This document shows positions 1 to 8,511 of a stretch of 64,000 bases of DNA, one piece after another. Origin of the DNA: a virus (Duplodnaviria > Caudoviricetes); the IMG/VR virus record IMGVR_UViG_3300013383_000028, positions 1-64,000 of that record; one strand, written 5' to 3'. Position 1 is the stretch's first letter. Every line of letters begins with the position of its first letter. A program made the position numbers and the translations under genes. Below the pieces are notes generated by a model that was not told where the DNA came from, did no database searches, and saw only the letters and a list, made by a program, of their open reading frames with translations.

Positions 1-394
1 AGATAAAGAGATTAGAGATAAGAGTATAGAGAAAGAGATAGAAGAAGTACCAAACGGTACTTCCTGCGCGGAGCCGGAAAAATCCGCCTCCACGCCGCCT
101 GTAATCTCGCTCATTCTGAACGACAAATCTTTCTTCGATATCACGGAAGAAGATGTGACTAAGTGGAGTGTACTTTACCCTGCCGTTGACGTTATGCAAG
201 AACTTCGCAAGATGGCAGGTTGGTGCGAATCAAACACGGCGAAACGAAAAACCCAGCGTGGAGTCCGCGCATTCATAACTTCGTGGCTGGCTAGGGCACA
301 GGACCGTGGTGGTAGTCAGTGTAATTTAAGAAACACAAGCCAGTCATTGCGTGAAGCATCCAGCAGCAATCCATTTTTACGGGAGGACGTATGA
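1..394 (+). CDS. Phage replication initiator / replisome organizer, 5'-truncated by the window edge
   Basis: Open frame from nt 2 (DKEIRDKSIEKEIEE... purine-rich linker) into a typical C-terminal domain (LYPAVDVMQELRKMAGW...FITSWL); followed by a helicase-loader gene. Confidence 0.75.
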   Translation, partial: DKEIRDKSIEKEIEEVPNGTSCAEPEKSASTPPVISLILNDKSFFDITEEDVTKWSVLYPAVDVMQELRKMAGWCESNTAKRKTQRGVRAFITSWLARAQDRGGSQCNLRNTSQSLREASSSNPFLREDV

Positions 395-963
395 CAAGAG
401 ACGAAACAAGAAGAATCCTTGCTGTGCTACGAACGGCCTATCCAAACTTCTACAGGAATGTGTCAGATTCGGATATCACCACCACAATCAACCTGTGGAC
501 ATCGATGTTTGAGGATGATGATCCGAGGCTCGTCGCTGCAGCTGTGAAATCTATCATAGTGGCAAGCAACCGAGAGTTCCCACCTAACATTGGCACAATC
601 AAGGAACAGATGAGAAAACTGTTGCAAGACGATGACCTTTCCGAGATGGAAGCGTGGGCGAAAATATCTGCTGCGTGCCGGAATGGCATATATGGTGCGC
701 AGGAAGAGTTCGACAAACTGAGCCCTACGCTTCAACGCATTGTCGGAAGTCCGCAACAGCTTAGTGAATGGGCATTACTGGATGCAGATTCATTGCAAAG
801 CGTTGTGGCATCAAATATTCAAAGGTCATTTAGAACGGTTCAGCAGAGAGAACGCGAACAGGCAAAATTACCGCAGGAAGTACAGGCACTTTTGCAATCG
901 ATTCGCATGGGAGCAGTCGGAGATTTGGAAGGAGAGACGGATGTTAAAAGAATATCGGGATAA
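391..963 (+). CDS. Replicative helicase loader/inhibitor (SPP1 G39P-like)
   Basis: N-terminus MTRDETRRILAVLRTAYPNFY...W...FPPNIGTIK resembles G39P-like proteins; ATGA overlap with the initiator. Confidence 0.7.
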   Translation: MTRDETRRILAVLRTAYPNFYRNVSDSDITTTINLWTSMFEDDDPRLVAAAVKSIIVASNREFPPNIGTIKEQMRKLLQDDDLSEMEAWAKISAACRNGIYGAQEEFDKLSPTLQRIVGSPQQLSEWALLDADSLQSVVASNIQRSFRTVQQREREQAKLPQEVQALLQSIRMGAVGDLEGETDVKRISG

Positions 964-1198
964 GGCTTTTAGCACGCACTGCCAACTGTGCGGCGAGGAA
1001 ATATCAGACGAAGAATCGTTCTACTTCGACGATGGAAGTTATTTCATCTCAGGATATTGTGTACATCAGGCTTGCGCAGAGGAACATACTCCAGACATGC
1101 CGGGATATACAAAACTCAGGAATGAAATGCGTGAAAACATGATGCTCGTCAATTCGTCTCAGAAAGAGAACTCGGTGAAAAGCAATGATGTACGTTGA
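941..1198 (+). CDS. Hypothetical Zn-binding protein
   Basis: ATG 941 after GGAGAG; CQLC...HQAC motif. Confidence 0.6.
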   Translation: MLKEYRDKAFSTHCQLCGEEISDEESFYFDDGSYFISGYCVHQACAEEHTPDMPGYTKLRNEMRENMMLVNSSQKENSVKSNDVR

Positions 1199-1433
1199 CG
1201 TGCAGCAAGAAGCACCTACCGCCAGCTGCGCTTGGTGCGCCGGCGAGATTTATATCGATGACACGATATGGTATGACGGCTTCTCTACGTATATCCACGA
1301 TGAGTGTCTGAAAGAAATCGAAGATTCGCCGGAAGAAGCCCCCATTGCTGCATTCATCAGGGAAGACTACCGAAAAACCACGCTGAGAGATCTTATTGAA
1401 AGCGCGCGGGAGGACGAACGGAATGAAGTTTGA
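1185..1433 (+). CDS. Hypothetical Zn-binding protein
   Basis: CAWC...HDEC motif, same pattern as the preceding gene; overlapping operon structure. Confidence 0.6.
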   Translation: MMYVDVQQEAPTASCAWCAGEIYIDDTIWYDGFSTYIHDECLKEIEDSPEEAPIAAFIREDYRKTTLRDLIESAREDERNEV

Positions 1434-1623
1434 GATTGTCCGCGCGCTGGATGGGAAAGGCATGATGATGACGGAACATGAGTCCTGCATCTACGATGAC
1501 GATACCATCCGAAGCATGATAAAGGCGGGATACAAAGCATACAAAGACGGCCGGGTCTACCGGCCGCAGGACGGAGGAAGAAAAAGTGGTACAAGTAGGA
1601 CAAACCGTAAAACGGCTCGTTAA
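1423..1623 (+). CDS. Hypothetical phage protein
   Basis: ATG after GGAGG; coupled to neighbours. Confidence 0.6.
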   Translation: MKFEIVRALDGKGMMMTEHESCIYDDDTIRSMIKAGYKAYKDGRVYRPQDGGRKSGTSRTNRKTAR

Positions 1624-1780
1624 TTTCTCGCCGGACAAGCCGAGCGGCAGACCAGCAGATAAAGAAACGCTCTACGGGAAGGTCATATATGTGCATCCGA
1701 AGGGGCGATTCTATACGGTTGAGTTCACACTTTGGGACGGCAGCACGATCCGTTCGTGCTATCTGGAAGGAGAATGCTGA
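1586..1780 (+). CDS. Hypothetical phage protein
   Basis: GTG start after GGAGG; fits the operon. Confidence 0.55.
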   Translation: MVQVGQTVKRLVNFSPDKPSGRPADKETLYGKVIYVHPKGRFYTVEFTLWDGSTIRSCYLEGEC

Positions 1781-2118
1781 TGGGAAACGGACTGACCTAT
1801 GCGCAAAAGCAGGTCATCGCAAGACAAACCGCGTTGACGATTGGCATGGATACGGGATTTCAAAAAGCTGCCGACTTCTTTGGCATCGCCCTCTACGAGG
1901 AAGGTTTCGGCGAGAAACGGCTTGAAAAAATCGCGCGGCGCGTCATGGAACTCGACCAAGAGTACGGAGACGCGTGGACAGACTGCGATGACGCAGACTA
2001 CAAGCAGGAGCAGATTGACCGGGTTCTGAAGAAAGCATACGGAAAAAACTTCGAATCTTTCTTCGAGCGTCACCCATATATCAAGAAGTTCAACTACAAT
2101 GGGAAAGGAAAGCGGTAA
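1774..2118 (+). CDS. Hypothetical phage protein
   Basis: AGGAG RBS; stop overlaps the dUTPase start. Confidence 0.65.
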   Translation: MLMGNGLTYAQKQVIARQTALTIGMDTGFQKAADFFGIALYEEGFGEKRLEKIARRVMELDQEYGDAWTDCDDADYKQEQIDRVLKKAYGKNFESFFERHPYIKKFNYNGKGKR

Positions 2119-2726
2119 TGTACGAAGAAAAAACGACTGTGGTAGATATGGCAATGAAGCGCATCGACGCGGAGGGAGACAAGAACAATACGGCCTGCGC
2201 ATACTGGCGCGGGTTTCTCCAAGGCGCTCTCATGCAGCAGCACGAAGACATGCACGGCATTCAGGAACAGCTCGCGGCAAAGATCCTGAACAGCGCAGAG
2301 TTCAAAGACAGCCGCGTGCGATATGTGAAAGAGCCGGGCGCGAAGACGCCGACCTATGCGCATCAGGACGACGCCGGTATGGATCTATATGCGTCGAAGG
2401 GGAATTACATTCCGGCCGGCGGAAGATGTACATTCCACACAGGAATCCATATCGAAATCCCGAAGGGATACTTTGGGGCAATCAGAGCCAAGAGCGGCTT
2501 GCTACGCAATCACGGCATCATCTGCTCCGGGACAATCGATGTCGGATACACTGGCGAGATCATGGTGACGCTGGTCAACACAAGCGATGAAATGTACTGC
2601 GTCTCAGAAGGAGACAAGCTTGCACAGCTGATTATCATTCCGTATGAGCGCGTCGAACTGACGGAAGTTGGTTCTCTCGATGAGACCGAACGCGGAGACA
2701 ACGGCTTCGGGAGCAGCGGAAAATGA
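2118..2726 (+). CDS. dut: Trimeric dUTPase with N-terminal extension
   Basis: Motifs DAGMDL, KSGL, GTIDVGYTGEI, AQLII and RGDNGFGSSG. Confidence 0.95.
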   Translation: MYEEKTTVVDMAMKRIDAEGDKNNTACAYWRGFLQGALMQQHEDMHGIQEQLAAKILNSAEFKDSRVRYVKEPGAKTPTYAHQDDAGMDLYASKGNYIPAGGRCTFHTGIHIEIPKGYFGAIRAKSGLLRNHGIICSGTIDVGYTGEIMVTLVNTSDEMYCVSEGDKLAQLIIIPYERVELTEVGSLDETERGDNGFGSSGK

Positions 2727-3019
2727 CGCTGGAAGAAAAACGAAAGCTCTTCAAGAAAATCTGGAACCACCTAAATGCTACCGGAATGCTTGATGAGTGG
2801 ATGCCGACGCCCCCACCGAGGACCGGGCCGGAATTAGCGGATGTCAGAACCATCGAGTTTGGAAAACCAGCAGTGTATGAGGGAAAACCGAAGATTCGCA
2901 TACCGTCTATCGACCAATCCAAGGTGACGGGCGGATATGGAAAACCGATGCAAATTATACCTGATGGCGAATGGTCATTGATCTGTGCGCTGCGAAGAAG
3001 GATGGCAAATGGACGGTAA
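2723..3019 (+). CDS. Hypothetical phage protein
   Basis: ATGA overlap with dut. Confidence 0.6.
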   Translation: MTLEEKRKLFKKIWNHLNATGMLDEWMPTPPPRTGPELADVRTIEFGKPAVYEGKPKIRIPSIDQSKVTGGYGKPMQIIPDGEWSLICALRRRMANGR

Positions 3020-3224
3020 TTACTTGCAACGCGTAACGGCCTTCTTCGAAAGCTATTTCGAGATTCCAGCGTTCTATTACCGAGGAAAGACGCGAGTGAT
3101 TCGCCCAGAAGCAATTCAAGACCTCATGCGGCAGCTCGTGGCTATGGACGTATTTCAGGACGAAGAAGAGATTCGGCGTGAAGCGGTGGAAGACTACGAT
3201 GTGGTGCTGCCAACAGCGATATAA
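3009..3224 (+). CDS. Hypothetical phage protein
   Basis: Last gene of the operon before a terminator. Confidence 0.6.
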   Translation: MDGNYLQRVTAFFESYFEIPAFYYRGKTRVIRPEAIQDLMRQLVAMDVFQDEEEIRREAVEDYDVVLPTAI

Positions 3225-3227
3225 ACG

Positions 3228-3258
3228 AATGGGGCTGCGTATCGCAGCCCCATTTTTG
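3228..3258 (+). terminator. Intrinsic terminator of the replication operon
   Basis: AATGGGGCTGCG-TAT-CGCAGCCCCATT followed by TTT. Confidence 0.8.
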
Positions 3259-3304
3259 CACCCAATTTCGTGCCGATTTTCGTGCCGATTTTTGAGCCAA
3301 ATTT
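3257..3304. repeat. Integrase arm-type sites, left arm (4 tandem 12-mers)
   Basis: TGCACCCAATTT, CGTGCCGATTTT, CGTGCCGATTTT, TGAGCCAAATTT. Confidence 0.7.
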
Positions 3305-3384
3305 GCTTTCCGGAGTGAAAAAATCAAGGCACAAATGAAAATATTTTTTCCGGCAAAAATCGCTCAAAACGGCTGATATATAAA

Positions 3385-3420
3385 GAAAATCCCGTAATCA
3401 TTGAAGATTACGGGATTTTC
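3385..3420. terminator. Perfect 15-bp inverted repeat just downstream of the tRNA 3' end (minus strand)
   Basis: GAAAATCCCGTAATC-ATTGAA-GATTACGGGATTTTC. Confidence 0.75.
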
Positions 3421-3424
3421 CAAC

Positions 3425-3450
3425 TGGCAGGGGATGAGGGATTCGAACCC
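3425..3450 (-). mobile_element. attP core = 3' end of a tRNA (T-loop to CCA; possibly tRNA-Gln)
   Basis: Minus strand GGGTTCGAATCCCTCATCCCCTGCCA; no 5' tRNA half; adjacent to the integrase 3' end. Confidence 0.85.
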
Positions 3451-3496
3451 TTGTGAAAACAAGCAAAACGGCAAATATATATGAGGATTTTTGAGG

Positions 3497-3520
3497 CGTG
3501 CAGAAATCCGTGCCGATTTT
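3497..3520. repeat. Integrase arm-type sites, right arm
   Basis: CGTGCAGAAATC plus CGTGCCGATTTT (3509-3520, identical to the left-arm copies). Confidence 0.7.
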
Positions 3521-3527
3521 GTATCTT

Positions 3528-4643
3528 TTAAGGTTGGATATTCTTGTAAAAATCTCGCATTTTCTCGGAATGCTGATCTATGTCCTTTTGAGACTCACGC
3601 AAATAGTGGTCATGCACCGTCCCCATATTAGTCCATCCACCGAAACTCATTGTACGCAATTCAGGCCAACCGAGGTGATAGCCTAGCGACGCGAATGACC
3701 TGCGCAAGCCATGGACAGAAACAAGCGGAAGATTGTTCGCCTTGCAGATTTTGTTTATCTGCTTCCCAATTGCTTGCGGTGTTAACTGCACGATATATTC
3801 ATCCGGCTTAACATCCGGAAGAATTTCAAGAAGACGTGGAATGACAACCGGAATTTGCCGTTTAGATGCGTATGTTTTGTTTGTATCTTTCTCAACCAGC
3901 TTGTTGTTGAAATCCAAAACGCGCGCACCAGACACGTTGATTGTAGCAGACCCGTCTTTTGATGTTATAATATCTTTCCGCTTTAAGTCAACTAGCTCGG
4001 AAAGCCGCAACGAATGCAGTGCCAACAGTGCCGCTAACTCACAGGTCTTCCCACGAATCAAAGGGATGAACGCTTGGATTTGTTCATAGTCCAAATATGG
4101 AAGGCCGCCCTTGTTAAATTTCGGAAGCTCAACTTTTGGTGGGGTTATTCCAACATACCGCATAGCCGCAGAAATGACGTTCCACCGATTAAAGACGGTC
4201 TTCGCGGAAACGTGTTTTGATTCCTCGTTAACAACCGATTGCCAATCGATGATGGCGGAAATATCCGTGTTCATGTATTGCTGGAAACCATGCCGAAGAA
4301 CGATATCATATCCGCGATATGTGGCCGGCGATATTATCTCGGATTTCCCATCCATCATTTTTTGTATTGCTTCTTTTACGGTTAGCTTCGGAGCAAGTTT
4401 TTTCTGCTCAATAAAGCCAGCGCGGATGGCCTTCGCCTTTGCAATGCACTTATCCCTTGTTGGCTCGGTAATGCTTTGCTTCTCCGCGTCAAGGTAAATC
4501 CTCCAGTTGCCACTTGCTAACTTTCGAGGGGACGGAACCTTAATCTCGTCTTTCTTCTTCCGCTCCTTTATCTGCTTTTCACCACACCAGTTGCAAAACA
4601 CGGAATTGGCTTCAATCTCACGGCCACAGGACTTGCACTTCAT
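3528..4643 (-). CDS. int: Tyrosine integrase with N-terminal Zn ribbon
   Basis: Catalytic-type motifs LRLSE(R), HGLRRSF, GGW...HY; N-terminal CKSC...CNWC. Confidence 0.93.
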   Translation of the reverse strand: MKCKSCGREIEANSVFCNWCGEKQIKERKKKDEIKVPSPRKLASGNWRIYLDAEKQSITEPTRDKCIAKAKAIRAGFIEQKKLAPKLTVKEAIQKMMDGKSEIISPATYRGYDIVLRHGFQQYMNTDISAIIDWQSVVNEESKHVSAKTVFNRWNVISAAMRYVGITPPKVELPKFNKGGLPYLDYEQIQAFIPLIRGKTCELAALLALHSLRLSELVDLKRKDIITSKDGSATINVSGARVLDFNNKLVEKDTNKTYASKRQIPVVIPRLLEILPDVKPDEYIVQLTPQAIGKQINKICKANNLPLVSVHGLRRSFASLGYHLGWPELRTMSFGGWTNMGTVHDHYLRESQKDIDQHSEKMRDFYKNIQP

Positions 4644-4834
4644 TGCTGTTGCACCTCCTGAAGCTTTCTGAGGGCGTCATCGCGTTCCTGCATGATACGG
4701 AGGAACTCGACCTTCAGCGCGTAGAATGTTTCAGCGCAAAGCCCAAGCTTCGGAGCCAAAAGAATATCTTCATCCAGTCCATCCAAAACGGCCTTGTCAC
4801 GTTCGTTGATTGTACTCAAAGGGATTACCTCCAT
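4640..4834 (-). CDS. Small hypothetical protein upstream of int
   Basis: Overlaps the int start; GGAGG RBS. Confidence 0.55.
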   Translation of the reverse strand: MEVIPLSTINERDKAVLDGLDEDILLAPKLGLCAETFYALKVEFLRIMQERDDALRKLQEVQQQ

Positions 4835-4874
4835 CAGAATTTTGGATATGTAATAGCCGTGGACGAAAAATGAA

Positions 4875-5501
4875 CTACTTTTTACGAATGACTTTAATGA
4901 TCGACCATGTGATTATGCCAGCAGATACAGCAATCATACCAATCACAACCCATGCAACGATACTGATGTTTCCGTGTTTAATAAGACCGACGGTTGGCGC
5001 ATTTGCGTCCCAAATGACATAGAGAAGTAACGTGAATGCCATGGCTGTGCGCAAACGCATGAGCGTATAAATTACGGGTTGACGTGAACTCAGTTGAGTT
5101 TGAACCATGTCAACCTTTTCTTTCTGGTGGGACGTCTCTGACTTTGACAATTGTAACTCGCCGGCCATCTTTGAAATCTTTACCTCATATTCGTGGCTCT
5201 GCGACTCTAATTCATGAACCTTCTCTTTTAGTGCCGGAACATCATCGGCTGAACCAGAAAGCCCAAAGAGCTTGTCAAGCGATAAATCTAAAACTTTACA
5301 AAGAGCAACGGCGTTGTATAATTTCGGGTCCGTCTGTGTTCCGTCACAGAGACGGTCTACGGCGGACTTCGATATGCCCGAAAGTTCAATCAGATCGTTG
5401 CTCGTGTATCCCTTTGCCATCTTTGCCCGCTTTATGCTGGGCTGATAGTCTGCAATGTATGGGGCTAACTCCTGAATTGCGCTCATAGATATAACCTCCA
5501 T
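4875..5501 (-). CDS. XRE-family HTH protein with coiled coil and two C-terminal TM helices
   Basis: IKRAKMAKGYTSNDLIELSGISKSAVDRL HTH; hydrophobic AMAFTLLLYVIW and IVAWVVIGMIAVSAGIITWSII segments. Confidence 0.75.
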   Translation of the reverse strand: MEVISMSAIQELAPYIADYQPSIKRAKMAKGYTSNDLIELSGISKSAVDRLCDGTQTDPKLYNAVALCKVLDLSLDKLFGLSGSADDVPALKEKVHELESQSHEYEVKISKMAGELQLSKSETSHQKEKVDMVQTQLSSRQPVIYTLMRLRTAMAFTLLLYVIWDANAPTVGLIKHGNISIVAWVVIGMIAVSAGIITWSIIKVIRKK

Positions 5502-5783
5502 CGTATTTTCTCAGGATTTGCGATATTATCTCAAATCCTGAGTGCTGAAATCGCAACTGCTGCGAGTAAAACGCAGAACTCCGTCTGGTCGAAATTCTGC
5601 CTATCTGCTACGATGTAGGCGTAGCAGATCAGTGGACAATGCAAGGTGGTCTGCTGCAATGCCCTGCCGCCTCTGGCACAGGCGGTGGGGCTGACGAAAA
5701 GCATAACGGGTGTCCGTTATACAGGACTTACCCGGAAGACGGATAGTAGAAAAATGGACACAATGTTTGTGCAAGATGAACGG

Positions 5784-5812
5784 TTGAAAAAGACGAACAA
5801 ACGTTTTAGAAT
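5784..5812 (+). promoter_or_regulatory. sigma-A promoter with a LexA (SOS) box in the spacer
   Basis: TTGAAA-17bp-TAGAAT; CGAAC-AAAC-GTTT at 5794-5806 matches GAAC-N4-GTTY. Confidence 0.75.
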
Positions 5813-5849
5813 AGACACACGAAGGAACAATACGCAGGGGAGTGACGAA

Positions 5850-5990
5850 ATGGAAAGTGTAAAAGCAAGGGAACAAAGAGACTACATGAATGCAAATGAG
5901 AAGTTTGTCAAGCTGAACGAAACAAACAGGAGAATCATCAATCAGATGATTTCTGACCTTTTAACAGTTCAGCAATCGCAGCATCAATAG
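5850..5990 (+). CDS. 46-aa putative antirepressor resembling the repressor C-terminus
   Basis: GGGGAG RBS; KFVKLNETNRRIINQMISDLL aligns with repressor DYLKLNDVNRAAIDAAIAELL. Confidence 0.7.
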   Translation: MESVKAREQRDYMNANEKFVKLNETNRRIINQMISDLLTVQQSQHQ

Positions 5991-6258
5991 CGGCACGATT
6001 CACGTCGTTCAGTTTCAAATAATCAGGGTTGAGCTTGTCCGGAAGGGCAGGCTCTTTTTTTCTGCCCATAACCTCATCGACTGAGACTTTTAGGTAGTCG
6101 GCAATCTTTCTGGCTGTTTCAGGCGAAATTGTTCCATCGGGTTTGCTCCTTAAGTTTGAAAATGCGGTCTTAGAAACGCCGGCTCCGACCATCATCTTGG
6201 AAGGGGACATTCCGTGTGCTCTTGCTAAGTCGCGCAGGTGGTTGTACATTGTGAACAT
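5938..6258 (-). CDS. CI-like XRE repressor without a peptidase domain (106 aa)
   Basis: HTH (GMSPSKMMVGAGVSKTAFSNL...KIADYLKVSVDEV); divergent from the cro-like gene; AAGGAG RBS. Confidence 0.85.
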   Translation of the reverse strand: MFTMYNHLRDLARAHGMSPSKMMVGAGVSKTAFSNLRSKPDGTISPETARKIADYLKVSVDEVMGRKKEPALPDKLNPDYLKLNDVNRAAIDAAIAELLKGQKSSD

Positions 6259-6316
6259 AAAATGTGCACTCCTTTTGTCAGAAGATACAAAAGTGCATAA
6301 TAAATGTCCTTTTTGC

Positions 6317-6345
6317 TTGACTGAACACAAACTATGTGCTAAATT
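6317..6345 (+). promoter_or_regulatory. Rightward early promoter (PR-like)
   Basis: TTGACT-17bp-TGC-TAAATT; surrounded by GTGCA(C/T)-type repeats (putative operators). Confidence 0.65.
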
Positions 6346-6449
6346 ATAGCCACAAGGACACAGAAAATGCACTATTCTGTTGGTTGGCGCTTGCATTATA
6401 GTGCATAAAGTGTGTACTTGTCAATGCATTTTTGACGGGAGATGAAAAT

Positions 6450-6695
6450 TTGAGGAAAGCAAATTTCACGAAATTTGGAATTGAAGTAAAAAAGGCGCTG
6501 GTCGAACGATGCTGGTCATACACAGACCTTGCAGAAGAAGTCCGTAAAAAGACCGGGCTGCACTGCGATTCTCCGTATATCAGCAGAATCCTAACTGGCG
6601 TCAGATCACCAGACAAAATCACAAATGCAATCTCAGAAATACTGGACTTGAAAGAGGCCAGCGAATATGCCGAGAACGCAAAAGAAGAAACCTGA
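6450..6695 (+). CDS. Cro-like HTH protein
   Basis: TTG start after GGGAGA; HTH (WSYTDLAEEV...SPYISRILTG); divergent from the repressor. Confidence 0.8.
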   Translation: MRKANFTKFGIEVKKALVERCWSYTDLAEEVRKKTGLHCDSPYISRILTGVRSPDKITNAISEILDLKEASEYAENAKEET

Positions 6696-6717
6696 TGTTG
6701 CAGGGGCGGGGTGATGA

Positions 6718-7410
6718 ATGAAAGACCAAAACTACACCGAAACAGGCGATGAACGTAAACTGGTGTATTTGACATCCAATGTCGATGAACCCTTCACAAC
6801 TTCTGAAATAATCGCTGAATGTGCCGGCGTAAAAAGACACGCAGTTCAAGTGCTGATTCAACAACGCGAAGCGGACCTTCGAGAGTTCGGAAGGGTATCA
6901 TTTGAAATGAGACCCTTGCAGACGCGAGGCGGTCAGCAAATGATCAAGGTGTATCACCTGAATGAGCAACAAGCGACGCTGTTACTTACGTTCCTCCGCA
7001 ATACACCGGTTGTTGTTAAATTCAAGAAGAATTTGGTCAGACAGTTCTTCGCCATGCGGGAAGAACTGATGAACGCACGGACAACCCGCGCGGCACGAAA
7101 ACCAATCAGACTTGAAATGACCGACGCGATCAAGGCGTTGCCGGATAGTCCGCACAAACAGCTGAAATACGGTCAGTATACGGACATGGCATACAGAATG
7201 GCGATTGGAAAGTCGGCGCGGCAAATCCGTGAAGAACGTGGCGCAGACAAAAAGGTGAATGCGAGCGACTATCTGACGGCAGAAGAACTGCAAACGGTAT
7301 CCGCAATGGAAAATCGCGTCTCGGTTCTTCTGCAAGTCGGAATGGACTACCAGCAGATCAAGCGGCTTCTTGAAAAGAAGCAATGCAGGGAGGAAATATG
7401 CCAAGGTTGA
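6718..7410 (+). CDS. rha: Rha-family phage regulatory protein
   Basis: TTSEIIAE...HAVQVLI...YHLNEQQATLLLTFLRNTPVVVKFK Rha N-terminal domain. Confidence 0.85.
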   Translation: MKDQNYTETGDERKLVYLTSNVDEPFTTSEIIAECAGVKRHAVQVLIQQREADLREFGRVSFEMRPLQTRGGQQMIKVYHLNEQQATLLLTFLRNTPVVVKFKKNLVRQFFAMREELMNARTTRAARKPIRLEMTDAIKALPDSPHKQLKYGQYTDMAYRMAIGKSARQIREERGADKKVNASDYLTAEELQTVSAMENRVSVLLQVGMDYQQIKRLLEKKQCREEICQG

Positions 7411-7619
7411 AAAAGAAAGAGCCTGACTTCATCAAGGTGGGACGGCTCATAAGAGGATATGCGACGCCTCCGAAGGTGGCAGAGATGCTGGGGTGCTCCA
7501 CACCGACGGCGAGAAAAAAGATGAATACCCCCGAACTGTTCACGTTAGGCGAACTCAACATGATCTGCCGAAGAGCGCACATCCCTGTAGAAGAAATGAG
7601 ACAGGCGGTGCAGGTATGA
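7398..7619 (+). CDS. Small HTH DNA-binding protein
   Basis: PKVAEMLGCSTPTARKKM. Confidence 0.7.
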   Translation: MPRLKKKEPDFIKVGRLIRGYATPPKVAEMLGCSTPTARKKMNTPELFTLGELNMICRRAHIPVEEMRQAVQV

Positions 7620-8263
7620 GCCTCATCAGAAAACACTTTGAAGACCGGGAAAGCTGGCTGGAAGGGCGGCAGGAACTCGGAATCGGAGGATCTGATGCAG
7701 CGGCAGTATGTGGGCTGTCACCGTGGACATCACCTGTGGAACTCTGGAAGATCAAGACGGGACAGAAAAAGCAGAAGGACATATCTGCGAACGCAGCTGT
7801 AGAACGTGGCGTTCGGATGGAACCAGCGCTTCGCAACCTATATGCAGCCATGAACCCGCAGATGCAGGTTGAGCATTACCCATATGACATTCTGGCTCAG
7901 AGCGAAAGGCCGTGGCTCACTGCAACACTTGACGGAGATTTGACCGACGAAAACGGTCGGCAAGGCATCCTTGAAATCAAAACCGGTCAGACCATGAAGA
8001 AAGCGGACTATGAGAAATGGGCGGATGGGAATGTTCCAATTTACTATCTCGCTCAAACCCAATGGCAGCTGCTGGCGACCGGATGGGATTTCGTCGATCT
8101 ATTTGCTGCGCTTCAGGATATCCGTGGTGACTGGTCAATACGAACACGCCGAGTCGAACGGGCAGAGTGCGAAGAAGACCTCGCATGGCTGCTGGGAAAA
8201 GCGGACACATTCTGGGGATACGTCCAAAAGCGGCAGATGCCGCCGATGACGCTAAGTATTTGA
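7616..8263 (+). CDS. YqaJ/lambda-exonuclease-family exonuclease
   Basis: WLEGR..GIGGSDAAAVCGLSPW, ATLDG, LEIKT, YLAQTQWQL. Confidence 0.92.
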   Translation: MSLIRKHFEDRESWLEGRQELGIGGSDAAAVCGLSPWTSPVELWKIKTGQKKQKDISANAAVERGVRMEPALRNLYAAMNPQMQVEHYPYDILAQSERPWLTATLDGDLTDENGRQGILEIKTGQTMKKADYEKWADGNVPIYYLAQTQWQLLATGWDFVDLFAALQDIRGDWSIRTRRVERAECEEDLAWLLGKADTFWGYVQKRQMPPMTLSI

Positions 8264-8277
8264 ATGGAGGGAACACA

Positions 8278-8511
8278 TTGATCGTAGAAGTAAAATTCTA
8301 CCGCGAAAAAGCACAGGCGTATGCCGGGAACGCCTATAGCTATGACACGGACATGTCTCTGAACGTGGGAGATCATGTCCTCGTACCGGCGGGAAAAGGA
8401 AAGAATCGGGCAATCGTCGTTGCCGTGAATGTGCCGCGAATTGCCGTCAACCCGGACTACTTCCCACTGAAAAAGATCACGGAATACGACACAACGGAGG
8501 TGACTGCCTGA
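8278..8511 (+). CDS. Hypothetical protein (beta-rich, KOW-like)
   Basis: TTG start after GGAGG; YSYDTDMSLNVGDHVLVP. Confidence 0.6.
   Translation: MIVEVKFYREKAQAYAGNAYSYDTDMSLNVGDHVLVPAGKGKNRAIVVAVNVPRIAVNPDYFPLKKITEYDTTEVTA

Noticed and set aside
1-50. Purine-rich AGAGAT repeats as origin iterons
   Set aside because: They encode the usual E/K/I-rich linker and are truncated by the window edge, so an origin cannot be supported.
3425-3450. Possible intact tRNA gene
   Set aside because: Only the T-loop to CCA is present; the 5' strand of the T-stem is already mismatched and there are no D or anticodon arms.
3257-3520. attL/attR junction between a prophage and host DNA
   Set aside because: Identical arm repeats and phage genes lie on both sides, which fits attP better.
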